64,000 bases of DNA from Yuukianura sp. NJ FZ-2021. Lineage: Eukaryota. Below the pieces are notes generated by a model. The model had not been told where the DNA came from. It saw nothing but the letters and a program-made list of their open reading frames with translations, and made no database searches. Shown here one piece after another: positions 1 to 13,689 of the stretch (within the stretch, counting starts at the first letter, position 1; every line of letters starts with the position of its first letter). The position numbers and the translations under genes are program-made. The DNA lies in contig CM102285.1 of assembly GCA_046563655.1 (NCBI GenBank), forward strand, positions 5,518,001-5,582,000, in the 5' to 3' direction.

Positions 1-56
1 AAAGTCGTATCAATAGTCTTCTTCAGCATTTCGTAGACATGCGTCTCCAGGAGACT
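1..56 (-). mobile_element. 5' end of a DINE-1/HINE-like element (continues left of window)
   Basis: Reverse complement of the family 5' terminus TTTT-AGTCTYCTGGAGACGCATGTCTACGA..TGCTGAAGAAGACTATTGATACGAC seen at 11752, 12203, 49646, 60387. Confidence 0.8.
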
Positions 57-387
57 AAAAAGCATGAATTTCGAAATAAAATAAAAGTTCGAATTTACTA
101 CGAACGGATTTTGAAAAACGTCCTAAAATAATGGAGCAATATGGTGAGGTTTATGTTGCCTATTTTTTGCTTGAAATTTCCCATATTCTAAAGTTTCAGA
201 TTTAACGGAAATGAATTTGGACTCTGATTGGACTATTTGACTCTTTGGACTAGATTTTAAGAAACTTTTTTATTTTTGTCACTACATACCAATTGGTTAA
301 GGATATATGAGACTTATTCCTTATTCGTTAGACCTTTCGTTCGTAGTAATTTCGGATACTTGTTATATTTCGAAATTCGTGCTTTTT
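57..387. mobile_element. Putative MITE/foldback with ~50-bp imperfect terminal inverted repeats
   Basis: AAAAGCATGAATTTCGAAATAAAATAAAAGTTCGAATTTACTACGAACG (57-105) is an imperfect inverted repeat of 338-387. Confidence 0.45.
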
Positions 388-389
388 GA

Positions 390-552
390 AATCGGCTCTT
401 TTTGAAGTAGACTCTTTCTGAAACTGGCTCTTTTCGCATAGGCTCTTTTTAAAATTGGCTCTTATGGCATCGGCTCTTTTGCCATAGATTCTTTTCGAAC
501 TTGGCTCTTTTTGACTGGCTCTTAGGGCATAGGCTCTTTTTGATTTGGCTGT
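390..552. repeat. Degenerate short tandem repeat (GGCTCTTTT core, ~15-16 bp period)
   Basis: About ten recurrences of GGCTCTTT/GACTCTTT. Confidence 0.6.
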
Positions 553-774
553 TATGACCTGCTACGTTGTAAATTAATCGTTTTTGTAACAGTACAGATT
601 TCGTCCAAATAAACATGGTTTCCATAAAACTCAAACATGTTAAATTTAACTTTTAGTATTAATCGATTTGGCTCTATAGTTCAGCGAACAGCAAAATTGT
701 TGAGCTTGTTTTACGTTTACGTTTACCGCGTTTGTTACGGCTAGCGTTGAAGATGGAAAAAGAAATAAGCTGAC

Positions 775-1114
775 CTGTGGATGTGTTGATTGTATTTGGC
801 GGTGAGCGAGACGGGGAACGTGGTGAAAAAGAGTTTGGAGATTGGACACAGTTTGTATTTTTGTTCTGAAGAGGGATGTGGTGCTGTGTGATGTGAGGTG
901 TGGGCGGTTGCTGCTGAGATGGGATCAGCAGGGGCCTTAGCGCTTGAGCTAGTAGAGGATCTTGTGCTGGCGGTGCGTCGGTGCTGCCTGACAATACAAA
1001 TCCGTGTTTCGGATCTGTACTACACATCGGCAGACTGCTTCCACCAGGAACCCGTTCGTCAATATCACCGGAGATACTATGCAGGTCATTTTGGGAGAGA
1101 GAAAGTCCTTTAAC
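775..1114 (-). CDS. BTB-domain transcription factor, third visible coding exon (VKGL... plus Pro/Gln-rich linker)
   Basis: Acceptor TTTCTTTGCAG| then in-frame VKGLSL completing the canonical LQVKGL end of ttk-type BTB; probable donor ACAG|GTCAGC at 775 (otherwise reads to stop at 674). Confidence 0.75.
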
Positions 1115-1780
1115 CTGCAAAGAAATCAGCAGCCATTAACGTTACAAAACGTGGTTGCTAGTTTACCTATAGACATAGTAAGTGTAAGAAGTAAATATAA
1201 GTAAATGTTACTGTATTTCTTTCAGGGGTATGCGCTATGGTTTATCAGATTCAACATGTGTTTGTATCTGTCGTGATCTTTGTGCGGGACGTACTACCAA
1301 GTTCAACTGCGACTACCAGGTGTACTGCCACTGAAATGTAACTTCAGAGAGAGCGTGTACAGTGTACACTGTACACTGTATTAGAGTGAAAACCGAAAAG
1401 ACGTCGGCGGTTTTCATTCGCGTCAATATGCAAGGAATTATTTATTGTAATGGGTTTAGAATTTTTTTTGGAGAGTTATCTTTCAGGGCCGTTTGGAGGC
1501 AAAAGTTATCTAACAATAAAAGTTCACCATCGTACCGAGTGTATTTACCGCTGTTCTATACAGACTCTTTTTTAGGAGTCGTGTTTCCTTGATGGTTCAA
1601 TACCATTGCTTCGAATAGAAATGTTTCGAACCGAATTGTTGACAACAGCTCGGCTTTCAAGTTTCAATAACAATTGTGAGTCAAATACCATGTCAAATAG
1701 TTACTGCCTGTTCTTCCTCTCAATGCGATTTTAGGAGATGATAGTTTATATATTATTTACTTCTGTGATACGGTACATAC

Positions 1781-1998
1781 CTGAAGCCTCTTGGCGGTTT
1801 GAAGAAATGTGTTGAGATTGGCGTCGTCAATGTAGACTTCACCTTTGTACATAAATTCGAGCAAAGCCCTAAGATTAGCCGCCAGTGTTCCGTCCAAGAT
1901 TACCACCAGATTTTGAGCCGTGGAGCACTGCTCGAATAGCTCTTGGAAATGGACACTGCTTGCTGCCAAAACGACGCGGTGAGCTCGGTAGCTCTCAC
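1781..1998 (-). CDS. BTB-domain transcription factor, second coding exon
   Basis: ESYRAHRVVLAASSVHFQELF...LRALLEFMYKGEVYIDDANLNTFLQTAKRLQ; acceptor TTCCACTAG|, donor CAG|GTATGT; phases match flanking exons. Confidence 0.92.
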
Positions 1999-2416
1999 CT
2001 AGTGGAACAAAAAAGTTTTGGAGTGACCATAATAACAACATAATAATAACATGCGACGTACTTGTAAAAGTAAATAAATTATCAATTTCAACGACGATGT
2101 GTAAAAATCTATCGGTTTTAGAGCTAGTCAGAGTATGGGAATAAATTAAAATAGATAATGCGCACAATTTCTGGCGGATTCTGACCAAAATTTTCCGCAC
2201 CATATTAAGGCATTGTGGTGTAACTTATGCCTTCAGCATAGTAATTATCTCGCAAGAACATGCATTACGTAGTACCTAGTTACAGTTATTAGTTCACATG
2301 CATTTGTCGGCCTTCCACAGTAGTCCATAGTTTTAAAATATAACATACGCAGCATTCTTAAGTTGGAATTCTGACTTTGGGTACGAGAAGAGACTCAGAT
2401 GGATGATTTGACTCAC

Positions 2417-2540
2417 CTTCGCAGAAGAGCGTTACGTCCGATAAACTTTCAGATTCAAAGAGGCGGAGAAACGAATTTGCCAGGTTCTGGCCGTAGTTGC
2501 TCCACCGCAAATGAAACTGATGGCGCTGCTGTTGACTCAT
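2417..2540 (-). CDS. BTB-domain transcription factor (Tramtrack/Broad/Bric-a-brac type), first coding exon
   Basis: MSQQQRHQFHLRWSNYGQNLANSFLRLFESESLSDVTLFCEG with the ttk-type F.LRW.N motif; donor GAAG|GTGAGT; upstream acceptor TGTGTTTCAG| at 2624-2626. Confidence 0.92.
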
Positions 2541-5500
2541 CGTAGCACACTCCAAAGTCGCTTCTACGGCAAATGCACAATTACTTAGCTCAAGATCACA
2601 TCGTTAGCACCGTAGGTCCCAGTCTGAAACACAAAATGAACAAGCCAAAAATAAGTCACTTTCTTTGGCTATTACAAAAAGTAAATTAAAGCGTAAATTG
2701 ACAATAAACCACAAAAGAGTAATACTCTACTAAAATATCTTGCCAATAACAAATGTACAACATTAATAGAGATTATTGAATTTCGTGTTAACGCCATATG
2801 TATGATTTTTTTTTTAAACAAACCGATGAATCTAGGAATTAACAACAATGTAAGTGAAAATTCATGACAGCAAAAGTACCGTGGCTACGTACAAACTTAT
2901 TATATTTATCGTACACATCAAAATTATTTGCCGGTTTCTATTAGAAATTTGTAATGTTTAGGGGATTAATTCACTATATTGCATGAGTAGTAAGTACAAG
3001 CCGTTGAAGGATTGAGTATAACGTAATTGGTAAGTAGGGAATGTTTTCTGGCCATTTCACCTGCTACGATATTGAAACTAGTTTAGTTACTTTTAAAATT
3101 GTATTTTTGCTTCCCAAATTATGAAATCTTCTCCAAAAAGTTTGTTTCCATACGAACGCGCATACAGAGACAACAAAAATACCACCTTACTTACGGAAAA
3201 AGAAACACATCTCAGCATTTTTATAATTGCATTGTTAGATTTTGACGCAGAATCCACTAAAGTGTTGTCCACTACGTCCATCGTTGCTGAAAACAAAAAA
3301 TTTAGGGTGTTCCGTTTGTGCCACCGCCACTGTATTTATGCAACTTACAATACTACTTAGAATTCCAGGCTTCTCCAGAAAGAAAAAGCCAGCCAGGTAA
3401 GAGATAATTCGTATCGCTTTGCAGAAATCTTGATTTTGACGGATTTTTATTTAAAAATCCAGATTTAAATCTGGATTCCAGAACATGTAGGATTTTGAAT
3501 AAGTCTTAGTTTCTCAAAATTATCAACAACGTTGGTTTTAAGCTCCAAAGTACCATAAAAAGTTGAAAGAGGAACTCAGGAGTGCATTTTTTGATTAACT
3601 TGAATTCAAAAGCATTTCCTATTTAAACTCAATTGTTCGATTTTCGATATAACTTTTCCAATTGCCTATGAAATGGACCGAAAAATCCGTAAAATTCGGA
3701 TTCGATTTGTTTGAAATCCGAATCCGTCAAAAATACGGAGTTACACCCCTGGGTAAGCGTAAGTAAATAAGAGTAAAGTAGGTCAGTGAGTAAATATGCT
3801 GACAGGAACATTCACTAATTTCATTTTTACATCGAAAATCAGTGGAAAATAGTTACAAAATTATTTTCTTCAGGGAAATCAGAATAGGATTTTAACCTAA
3901 CGTAACCTTGCTGTTATTTTCATTACCATAAACTGGAAATTAGGCCAAGAGAAGGGAGGGTGCTTGTATGCCTATGACTGAAAGAGAAATGCTGCAAATT
4001 CATTTTTCAAAGTAAAAAAATGTAAAAACTGTTCAATCCTTCTTTCGTTCGTTCCTGCTGGAGAGCTTTTGGGATTGTGCTATCAACATGTCGTAGTAAG
4101 AAGATGAGAGGGACGGAGGGACCTTATAGGAGATGAAATTTCATACGCATTATACCTGAAGAATTCGGAATTAAAAGTTTAATGTTGCAAACAGACCTGA
4201 CAATAGAAGTAATTTTGGAATAATGGACTATTCACGTTCATTGATTTTATTTTTATGAAAACGATATGTATAGGGTACCTTAACTGCCGGGCACAGAGTT
4301 AACGTAACCCTAACTAAACTACTCCCAAAACTTCAGTCAATACCATATTTTTTGCTCAGTTTTAAAAGCTTCTGTAGTAAGAAAGTAGTATAAGACAATA
4401 TAAGACATTCACATAGGAGACAAGCGTTTTTGCCACTAGAACTCGTATTTTGAAGAAATCGATATTTGAACAAGAAAGTGCGTATGAACGCAGCGCAGTA
4501 GAAAAAAGAACGCTTGCGTGCGACCTCTATTTGCAGATTCTGTTTAATAATGCTACACTTTACCTTCGGGTTTCCCAAACGAAAACAAAAGCACTGCTAC
4601 CACAACCAACTAAAATGCACAAATCAGATTCAGTTAATTTTATTGAATTTAGCAGAGCCAGAGAAAATGCAATGACACTTTTCCACCTTCACTGATTCTT
4701 ATGTTGAGTAAAAAACACAAGACAAGAGCTGGGGATACATACAGGATACAGACTGCAATTCTCATTGAAAGAGACTATGATGCTTATATGCTTCTGCATC
4801 CTCCAGAAGTTCTCCCTTTAACCTTCTTAATTCACATCAGTTACCGCAAAAAAAAAACCATGCAAGTCTAATAATTTTTATGTCTAACGCCTACTCCGAA
4901 TAATTTTTACTTTAACACCTACTTCGGCTTAATTAATTATTACAACCAAACACACTATGAGAAACGTTCTATGTTAAAAAATTATTCCAATCGATTTATT
5001 TAGACCAGAAGCTTAAAATTCAATTACTCAATACAAAAGAAAAAAACAACGATTGGAGTTAGAATTTGAATGAGCTTAATTTGAATATCATTCCGAATCA
5101 AATCGCTTCGGGTTAGGACGTTAATTGATACTTTAATTGGTGGGACTTTCCGTTGTGGTAAGAATTGAGTGCGAGTGCGAATATGCGAAAAGTGGATGAC
5201 TACTATGGAAAGACGCCTATAGAACCTTGGCACTGGGGTATATAGTAGGAAGTTCTGTTTATTGCAAAGTGCAACTTTGATCAAGCGCCATCATGCACAA
5301 GTACAAAGTAAGCTTACTGAACTACTCCCAGTTATTCCATCCAATGAAAATGCTTCCTCCATTCCCAGCCAGAGTGAGAGTGGGTGGGTGAGTGAGGAGA
5401 GTTGCCAAAACTGTACCGTGTTTTCTGCTCAGCATTCACCATTTATTTATTCAACCGACATTACGTAACGCACCAGGCACACAAGGAGATCGACTTGGAC

Positions 5501-8500
5501 TCGTCTGTCGTAGACGCACCACCACCGCAACCTTCTCGTCTGACGGAGATTACACTCCGCATCCTTAAGAGAACATAAAGGGTTCACAAGAATAATCTAA
5601 TAGTTTCAACCTCAAACTTTCCAAACGTACGACTCATTGGATTCATATAGTTTTAACTACTAATTCCTAATTCATGCCAAACAGAAGTTTAAAACACTGC
5701 AATCCGATGCTGATTTGACTGGATGGAAAGGAGTGCATAGAAACAAAATTCTATGGCAAACATGTATGATGGCTGTGCCAATTTTCCTTCCTCTTAAGCA
5801 GAACGCAACCCGGAGTCAAGTCGTCCTGTTTTACCCATTTAGCAATGCAGTTCTTTTAACCATAAGTGGAACACACGCTTATCCCCCAGCGCACATTTTG
5901 CAATTCTAAAAACTTTCAAAAACAAACACCCTGTGAAAAAAATAATATGATAATGAATTCAATTTTTATGCAAATTATCCGTAGTTTTTTTTCTCAATTT
6001 CAAACGTTTTTCGCATTCCAGCACCATCAGTCGAGAGTTACTCAAAGTCTCAGTCAAGAATCCAATCTTCAATATATTGTTGGGTCATCGGTCATCATCA
6101 CATTTCGGATTTGCATTTGGGTTTTGTACATATAACTTGAGATCTATACTTGTATTTTATGTCATCCAATGTAGCCGTTACAAAAACGGCATGACGTCAG
6201 TGGAAGTTGAAAACCGAATTTGAGTTTGAATCGTTGCACTGAGAAAGCTCCACCGATTGTCCTTTCTACAGTCCGCATAGCGATCCAGGCTTTTGCAGTT
6301 TTGGAAGAAATAAGGACGTGTGCAGAGTGAAAGGATCGATTGCATGTGCAGTATCCGACCGAGAGGAGAAACGCTGCAGCGGAGAATGGACATCTTTCCC
6401 TTTCACTTTTCTACGAATGAAAACGCAGATTACTAAAAAAAACTTTCTTTTAGCCTACACGCACATCGATCCGTTTCCTTCACCCACGTTTCTCCTGTAA
6501 CCCGAATTCCTTTCACTCAAGGCCCAAACACAAAGTTTACACTTCAGTCCCATTCTAACTAAAAACAACCAAAATGTAGACGCATTTTATAGGAATCTTT
6601 CCTTATTTGTATCATTATTTACTTTCACTACCAGATCGTTTCAGCAGCCGTTATTTGGTGTTACGCCTTAAAAAAAAAAGGCTAAATTGACAATAGTCTG
6701 ATTTACAAATATTGTACACGATTAACCCAAACAAACATTTCTCAGCAATCCACAGATTTCAGAATTTCCAAATTGCAAGCTGCGGTTCTACTACTATACA
6801 TCTTTGTATCACAAAATCGCTTGGGAAGGTTTCTACAGTGTACACACGCCCAGCAATAACACATTACACTACCATTTTATAGTTGTCATGTTGAAGAAAA
6901 TATAAAATATTTTGAAACAAAATTATTAGATTCTTTTGTATGGAGAATTGCCTTCATGCACACGATCCTGGAGAATGACTAAAATTAGATTTACATGAAA
7001 TATGATACATGCTCCTTCTACCTTCTGCGAATTTTGTACGATTTAATGATACCACTGTATTAAATTTTTCGGGGCAAAGGTCATTTTTGCATTATTCATA
7101 AAATTCGTAAAAGGCCAAACGTTAGCGGTGGTTTATTTCAGTCAAAATTTAAATCCCATTTAAAGTTCGTGAAAAGTTTTAAAAACTGAAACTTTCAAAA
7201 CGGAAATTTTGGAACGTTTGAACCATTCAAATCGTGTGCTTCACGAATCAATAGATCTCAATATACCACAGATCGCACAACGGTTATCGGAACAGAATGG
7301 CTCTTAAACAACCGTGCCCCCGAGTTCAGTAGTCTTAACGAATTTGGTATAAATTATTTTGACTTAATATTCTAGATTTGTTTTGGTATAGGTTCGGAGT
7401 TATAAATCGTAGGTAAGTTAGGCACTGCAACTGCAACCTGAAGAACTGCAGAATCCCTGCATTAGAAGTCGGAGTTTTAAGTGCGTGGACACCTATTCAA
7501 TCGGTACCGTATTCTGCAGGAGAAAGTGTATTATAAATATGTAAAATACGTTTTCGCTTTAAATTGTGAATTTTTTTTTTTTTAGAATGGGAGCTGTCTA
7601 TACCAATATTTAGTGATTAATTATGTAATAATTATTTATATTTTAAATTCTATACTTGTTTACTTAATTGTACTTGTAATATTTGGAGTGAGATTCAGAA
7701 GTGTCGTCAATGTATCGGGGAAACTGGTTAGAGGGTATGAACTTCATTTCCAGTTCAAAAACGAAAATTGGGGAAAGTTTTCACTTTCCTCGCATCAACT
7801 TTTAAAACGAATATCATTCAAGATACATGAGCATTTCAATTGCAGAAACGGATAGCGATGGATCTGATTTTGATTTCAGAGTTTCTATATATTTATTTAT
7901 ATATTCTGCAGCAACGTTAGTATCACATCCTCCTCATCAAACTAGTAAACACACGAGTCGTTGAGGCTGATACGATTATGATATACTAAAAGATATTGTA
8001 TCATGAACATGGAGCTTAACGGAATTTCTGTTAATGGCATCTTCGCTGCATTGCATTTTCAAATGCAATAAAAAAAAATTGTAATTCAATTCATCAACTC
8101 GAAATTGAAAGTGGAAAGCGGAGTGACAGGAATTAGATGGCATGGACTCGGAACTCGAATTAGTATTCAGTTTGCTGGAACAGAGAGCACCGAACCAATT
8201 GAATCTAGGAAACCTCACCTAGTGGAACAGAATTTTCATTTGCTACCCTAATTTTCAATTTCTTGAGTTAAATTAAATGGGAATTTATTTTGTATAATTT
8301 GTCGCGTGATATGGCGGCAGTATTACCGCATTTTTTTATGAAAGTAACTCCCAATCCCAACGTAAATGCTAATTTCAGATTTCAAACTAACTCGTTTGCT
8401 AGGTGGCATTACTTGGACTTACACTGTGAGAAGATTATGTAAGTCGTATAAGAATCACACAACAATTGTTCCTTTACTTCAAGTTTTTCATTGTCAAGGG

Positions 8501-11500
8501 CCAAAAGGAAGCCAAAAGCCGCCTAAGTTGTCGTTTTATTTTAAAAACGTGAACTATACAAGGTAGTGTCAATTCTATTCTTTTATGAGATTATACAAAG
8601 TTGTTATGTGACACCCAAACTGGTCCTACATTTAATTTTATGCAATTTGTGATGAGAATTTCACAGAAAAAAGAAGATTTGCAACATCCTTAATCCACTC
8701 TAGTTTAATTATACATTTATGAGAAATCGAAAAACAAAAAGAAACCTGGAAATCCCTTGAGGAATGAGATCTGATACAATCGGGCCACTCCTGAGTCATT
8801 TTAAAATTGTTTTCGTATATTTAAATTCAAATAGTTTTAGCAAACAGCTATGTTACTTACCCTTTCCTTGCGACTTGCGAAAGTTAGCGTTCCAGTGTTG
8901 CAAAACTTCACATAAACTGATACTGATTTCGGTGTCGCAGGAAAAGTCCTCCGTAGCGTCAATTTCTCACAGTGTAATTACATGCACCTTTGATCACATG
9001 TGGAAGCAGCGAATTATTGTCACTAATTCTTGAGACAGTTTGCAGCACGTGGATTGCCCAGATTGCTAACTGGAGCCAATGCAGTGACAATGACGAGGGT
9101 GAAGTGTTAGTTGCGGATGAGTGATGAATGGGTAATTATTGTTCTTGCACTTCCTTCGTGCCTTTGCCTAGCCTAGATTAGATGCTAAAAGTTCTAAAAC
9201 GGAACCAGCAAACTCTTGCGGCCGAAAAGTGTGTACCAGAACCCATGATGCAAGTGCGAATATAAGTTGGATTTACTCTGACTCTGCGTTGTTGCTGTGG
9301 GGGTTGCAGCAGCGCTAAAAGTGTTAGCGTAGTAAGCGCACCAACATGTGTAATTTGTTCCCTACTTTTTGATAGAACTGAACTCCACTGAGAGAGGAGA
9401 TTGACTCTACTACATAGACATAGCAAATGAATCTTCGTTTCGATTAATGGAGTGTGAGTGCAGGCAGCCGCTGGATCCCTGTCAATCCCTCGCTCCCACA
9501 AACCGAACAGTGAGCAACCTATAGTGCCAATAGTACTATGCCATTTCCATTGTAACTGTAAGGTGGGACTAGAAGTGTTCGTGGATTTTGGCACTCGGAT
9601 ATACTTTCTCCTCGTGGCGGCAGTGCTTACGTTGTGCTTAAGTTGGTTAGCGCAGTTGCAGTCCAGAGTATAGGATGCTTTTGCACACTTTGCAAAATAA
9701 TACCATTCTTGAGTGCTGTGCTCAAAAATACAACGCAGAAGAGCCCATTTTCATGACACGCCACGCAGAACCCGGAAGAGCGTCGTACCACCCCTTTGTC
9801 CCCACACAGCCCCTATTCCAAACGAAGCTAAGCAAGCATCCTTTTGTTTATGTGTGGAAATGTGCGAATTCCATAGATGCATGGTTCTGCAAAAACAACA
9901 AATTTCCCCACTGTATGAATGCAGTTGAATTGAACGAAATTCAGAATAAAAAATACGACGCAATTAACATCACTCAACTACTCGTGAATGGAGCCAACTC
10001 AATTAAACGGCATGGAATGTTATCTAAATTATTAGCAGAGTATGACTATTAATCGCATTTCAAGTATTTGGAAAACTCATATTCATTGACTAAATTTGTT
10101 CGAGAAAAATTTTCATTTTATCAAACTGTTTTTTTCTCGTTCACGAAACCGCAATTTGACTTTCTCCGAATTAATTTTTCAAAGTGTCAGGGCCTTCAAA
10201 ACTTGTATTTCCCTTTATTTCTAGCGTTTGTGTTTCCCTTGAATTAGTTGCAGAATTGGATTTAAGCAACCCCACTAAAATGTTTTTGCAGTATTGCATG
10301 GAAGGTGACGTGGCAAAAGCATGGAGTAAACAAAGCAGCGGATAGTTTCCCTCCCTATTCCATTCCAAAAGTGTGTTAGTATGAAGTGATATGAGAAACC
10401 CATCTGTTTTCTATACAATGTATGCACCTCATTTTAGCTGGACAAGTCTTTTTGCTAAAATGATGATTGGCACAGGGAAAGAGAGACGAAAGGTTGTTGC
10501 AAAAACATGAGGAAAAAAACCATATGATCGTATGAACTTGCATATTCTCAAGAACTGCCACACATAACTCCAAGGTGTACTACTTATTTAATGCTTCGAC
10601 CTCGCCAAATTTAAGGTTAAGGTTCATTTTTTTTAGTTCCAGATGAACATAAAACAAATACCTGTAAATTACTATATCTTCGCATTCGGTTATTTATTGC
10701 TTCGGTGTTTCCGATTTTTTATTAATGGCTAGCATGATGATGGTCCGCCACCTTCAGTGAATGTCGACATCACATCCAGTACGACAATTTCCGGAGAGAT
10801 ATACGCATAGCCTTACGAGTTCCAGCTTCGAAGTGCAATTTTGTTTGAGTGGCGAAACATTACGCAACTATATACTTACTCTAATCGCCAATTGATTGAA
10901 AAAGTTGTCTGATTTTGAGGGAAGAACAAATACGAGAAAGTGAAGTTAAGCGAAGGGAAACACGGAATAAGTTGTAATTAGTAATATGAAATAATAAATA
11001 TTTTTGTGATAGCGGAGGTAGTAAACTCTTATAGTATAAACCCTGCTGGTTGTAAAATCATCATTTTTAGATTCAAAGATGATTTATTTGATTTCATTTA
11101 TAATTGCAATTTCCATCCATCCATGTACTTTAAATGGAGATGGCTGAAGTAACCAGGCAATTCAATTTGAGAAAGCTTATCAGAAATTATTCACTAAAAA
11201 CTTACTTCCAAATATATAAATATTGTAATTTCAAATCAACAGTATGGGAAAGTAAAGTTTAGTAATTAAATCAATAAGGTAATAAAATAAGAATCAAATT
11301 GTTTTATTAAGCAGCGAAATGTACTTCATGGACTAGTTTATTTTTAAAATTTTATATATATTAAGTGGAAGCAGTAATCCGTAAAAAGCGCTTTTTAAAA
11401 CCTTGCTTTGCTTTTTTGTGGTTTTTGCTATAGTTGCTTTTTTGCTTGAATTCCTGAAAATTCATATATGCCGCTGTACAAGCGGAAAAATCCACAGAGA

Positions 11501-11593
11501 ATTAAGCCTAGAGCTATTGCGTTGATGCATATTAGGGTCTGAGCTATATCTACCACTAAGTATAGCTGGTCTGGATAATCGAAGTATCTAGCT

Positions 11594-11706
11594 TAATTCT
11601 TAAGCACAGTCAATTCCTAAGCATGGAGAATTCGTAAGTAGAAAATACGAAAGCATGGCAAATTCTTAAGCACGGTCAATTCGTAAGCATTCTCCATTCG
11701 TAAGCA
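11594..11706. repeat. Degenerate short tandem repeat (AATTCNTAAGCA core)
   Basis: About seven copies of AATTCTTAAGCA/AATTCGTAAGCA. Confidence 0.55.
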
Positions 11707-11751
11707 AAACCTTTCGGATGGTTGTGTTTTCGTTTCGTAGGGTTAGGTTTT

Positions 11752-12070
11752 AGTCTTCTGGAGACGCACGTTTACGACATGCTGAAGAAGACTATTGATA
11801 CGACTTTGTCTGTCTGTCTGTGTGTCACACTTTTTAGGACTTTTTGCACTGAAACATTAGCCCCATTATTGACGAGGGGTTCTGTATCGCTCAAGTGTTT
11901 TCATTATGTCTACATTCCACTCAAAGTGTTATATTAACAACGGAGAAGTCGGCGGCTACTTCCCACTGCCGACTCTTCTGACTTAAATTTTTTGACACCT
12001 CTGCATTGCACTCAAAATATTTTTAAACAACGAAGTTTTGACCTGGTCATTTTCTTACAGTATGTTTATT
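11752..12070 (+). mobile_element. DINE-1/HINE-like element, 5' fragment
   Basis: Family 5' terminus, (GTCT)n microsatellite and homologous body up to ~12070. Confidence 0.8.
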
Positions 12071-12202
12071 TCAGGGTTCGCTGAATCAAACATACATATA
12101 CGAAACATACGTTTTAAACGTCGTTTTAAACGTAGAGGAAAAAGACGTACGTCTTTTGCTTCTGTTTCACAAGGGCTAAATTTGAATATTTTTGACCGTT
12201 TT

Positions 12203-13161
12203 AGTCTTCTGGAGACGCATGTCTACGCCATGCTGAAGAAGACTATTGATACGACTTTGTCCGTCTGTCACCTTTTTTAGGACCCTTTCCACTAAAACAT
12301 AAGCTCCATCGCAGTAGGGGGGTTATCTACGGCTCAAGTGTTTTCTCTACCTGTGCATTGCACTCAAAGTGTTACGTAAACAACGCAGAATTGGGCGGCT
12401 ACATTACGTTTCTGATTCTTAAGTCCTCAAAATTTTTGTGTTAGGTCTGCATTGTACTCAAAATATTTTTAAACAACGAACTTTTGATCTTCTGATTTTC
12501 TGACATTATGTTTAGTTACGATGTTAAATTAAGCTTTGTTAGAGGATAGAAATTCCGGCTTAAATTCGTAATACGTAAGCAGTGCTTGGCAGGGTTTAAG
12601 TTCGCCTGTGCAAGAAAATTATATAATTTTGATTTTAAACAAGTGATATTCGACGGAATAACTTATGCACTTAATTTGACACATGGAGCATGTATTTGAA
12701 CCGATTTTGATTTCAAAGAAGGGATATTCGACCCTACCTCCTCAGCGTTCAATTTTGTGCATCATGCACAATGCTCAATTTCGATATTATTTTGATGCCG
12801 TTTGGTTTACGCTGTTTACGGTAATAGTACATTGCCACGGCAACACAGAAAACACACTATGTGCATCTTGATCAACAAATTAAGAACATCAATTCAGTGC
12901 AAATGTTTTGGGGCTCAAAACTGAAATATGATATTGGTGCAATTAAATGGTAGAAGTGCCAACCCAATTTTGGTGCAACGTATGCACCAAATAGGACCTC
13001 ACATCCGTACTGAGTATTTTGAGCGACGCTTTGTTGCTTCAACTCCATGAAAACGGGTTTACTATATTTTGTTCACCGGCGTTAGAGTGATTTAAGTCGT
13101 ATCAATTGTCCACTCCCTCCAAAAGACCTATGCTCAACCCTTGAGCATTGCCCCTACCTTG
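12203..13161 (+). mobile_element. DINE-1/HINE-like element, full-length copy
   Basis: 5' AGTCTTCTGGAG...AGAAGACT inverted repeat, GTCCGTCTGTC, 3' subterminal IR CTCCAAAAGAC, hairpin ATGCTCAA-CCC-TTGAGCAT, ends CCTACCTTG; flanked by T runs. Confidence 0.85.
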
Positions 13162-13689
13162 TTTTAGTCTTCTGGAGACCAGACATGGGAAAGGGTATCA
13201 ATTTTCGATACCCACCCTCCCAGCTAATTTTTAAAAAATACCATACCCTACCCTACCCTATTGGAAATTCACAAAAAAAAATACCCGCCCTCCCAATAGG
13301 GTCCCATCAAGGCCCGGAAATAAACTGGTCGTATTTTTTCCCTAGACATCTAAGATGTTAATGTACTAGAAGTTAACAAACAATAATAACATAACATATA
13401 ATAAAATACGTATAAAATAATAATCCACATAGTATATAATATTACTACGTAATATAAGTATAAAATATAATAATAATAAATAATTATTATATAAAAAATG
13501 TAATAATAGTATCTTTTACGAGTATACACGGAGAAAAAACATGTCATGGACTTATGCTACACAAATATATTTAGGCAGATGTATGAAACAAGGTAAATAT
13601 GATACATTTCTATGGCGCCGCATTGACTTTCTACTCTTCAACTCAAGGGCAGAAGGAGAAATTGGAAAAAATAAATTCAACAGGGTATT

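Noticed and set aside
3410..3752. Possible hAT-like MITE ending in TTACACCCCTG with GGATT/AATCC motifs
   Set aside because: Could not locate a matching left terminus or TSD
8214..8229. 16-bp identity (CTCACCTAGTGGAACA) with the BTB exon-2 acceptor at 1994-2009
   Set aside because: No homology beyond the match; probably chance or an unrelated splice site
10735..10915. Coding-looking stretch (DDGPPPSVNVDITS...)
   Set aside because: In-frame stop, short, no recognisable family
11722..12280. Recurrent ORFs containing ETHVYDMLKKTIDTTLS (also 48399, 60213, 60966)
   Set aside because: Chance translation of the conserved HINE 5' terminus; frames are not conserved downstream
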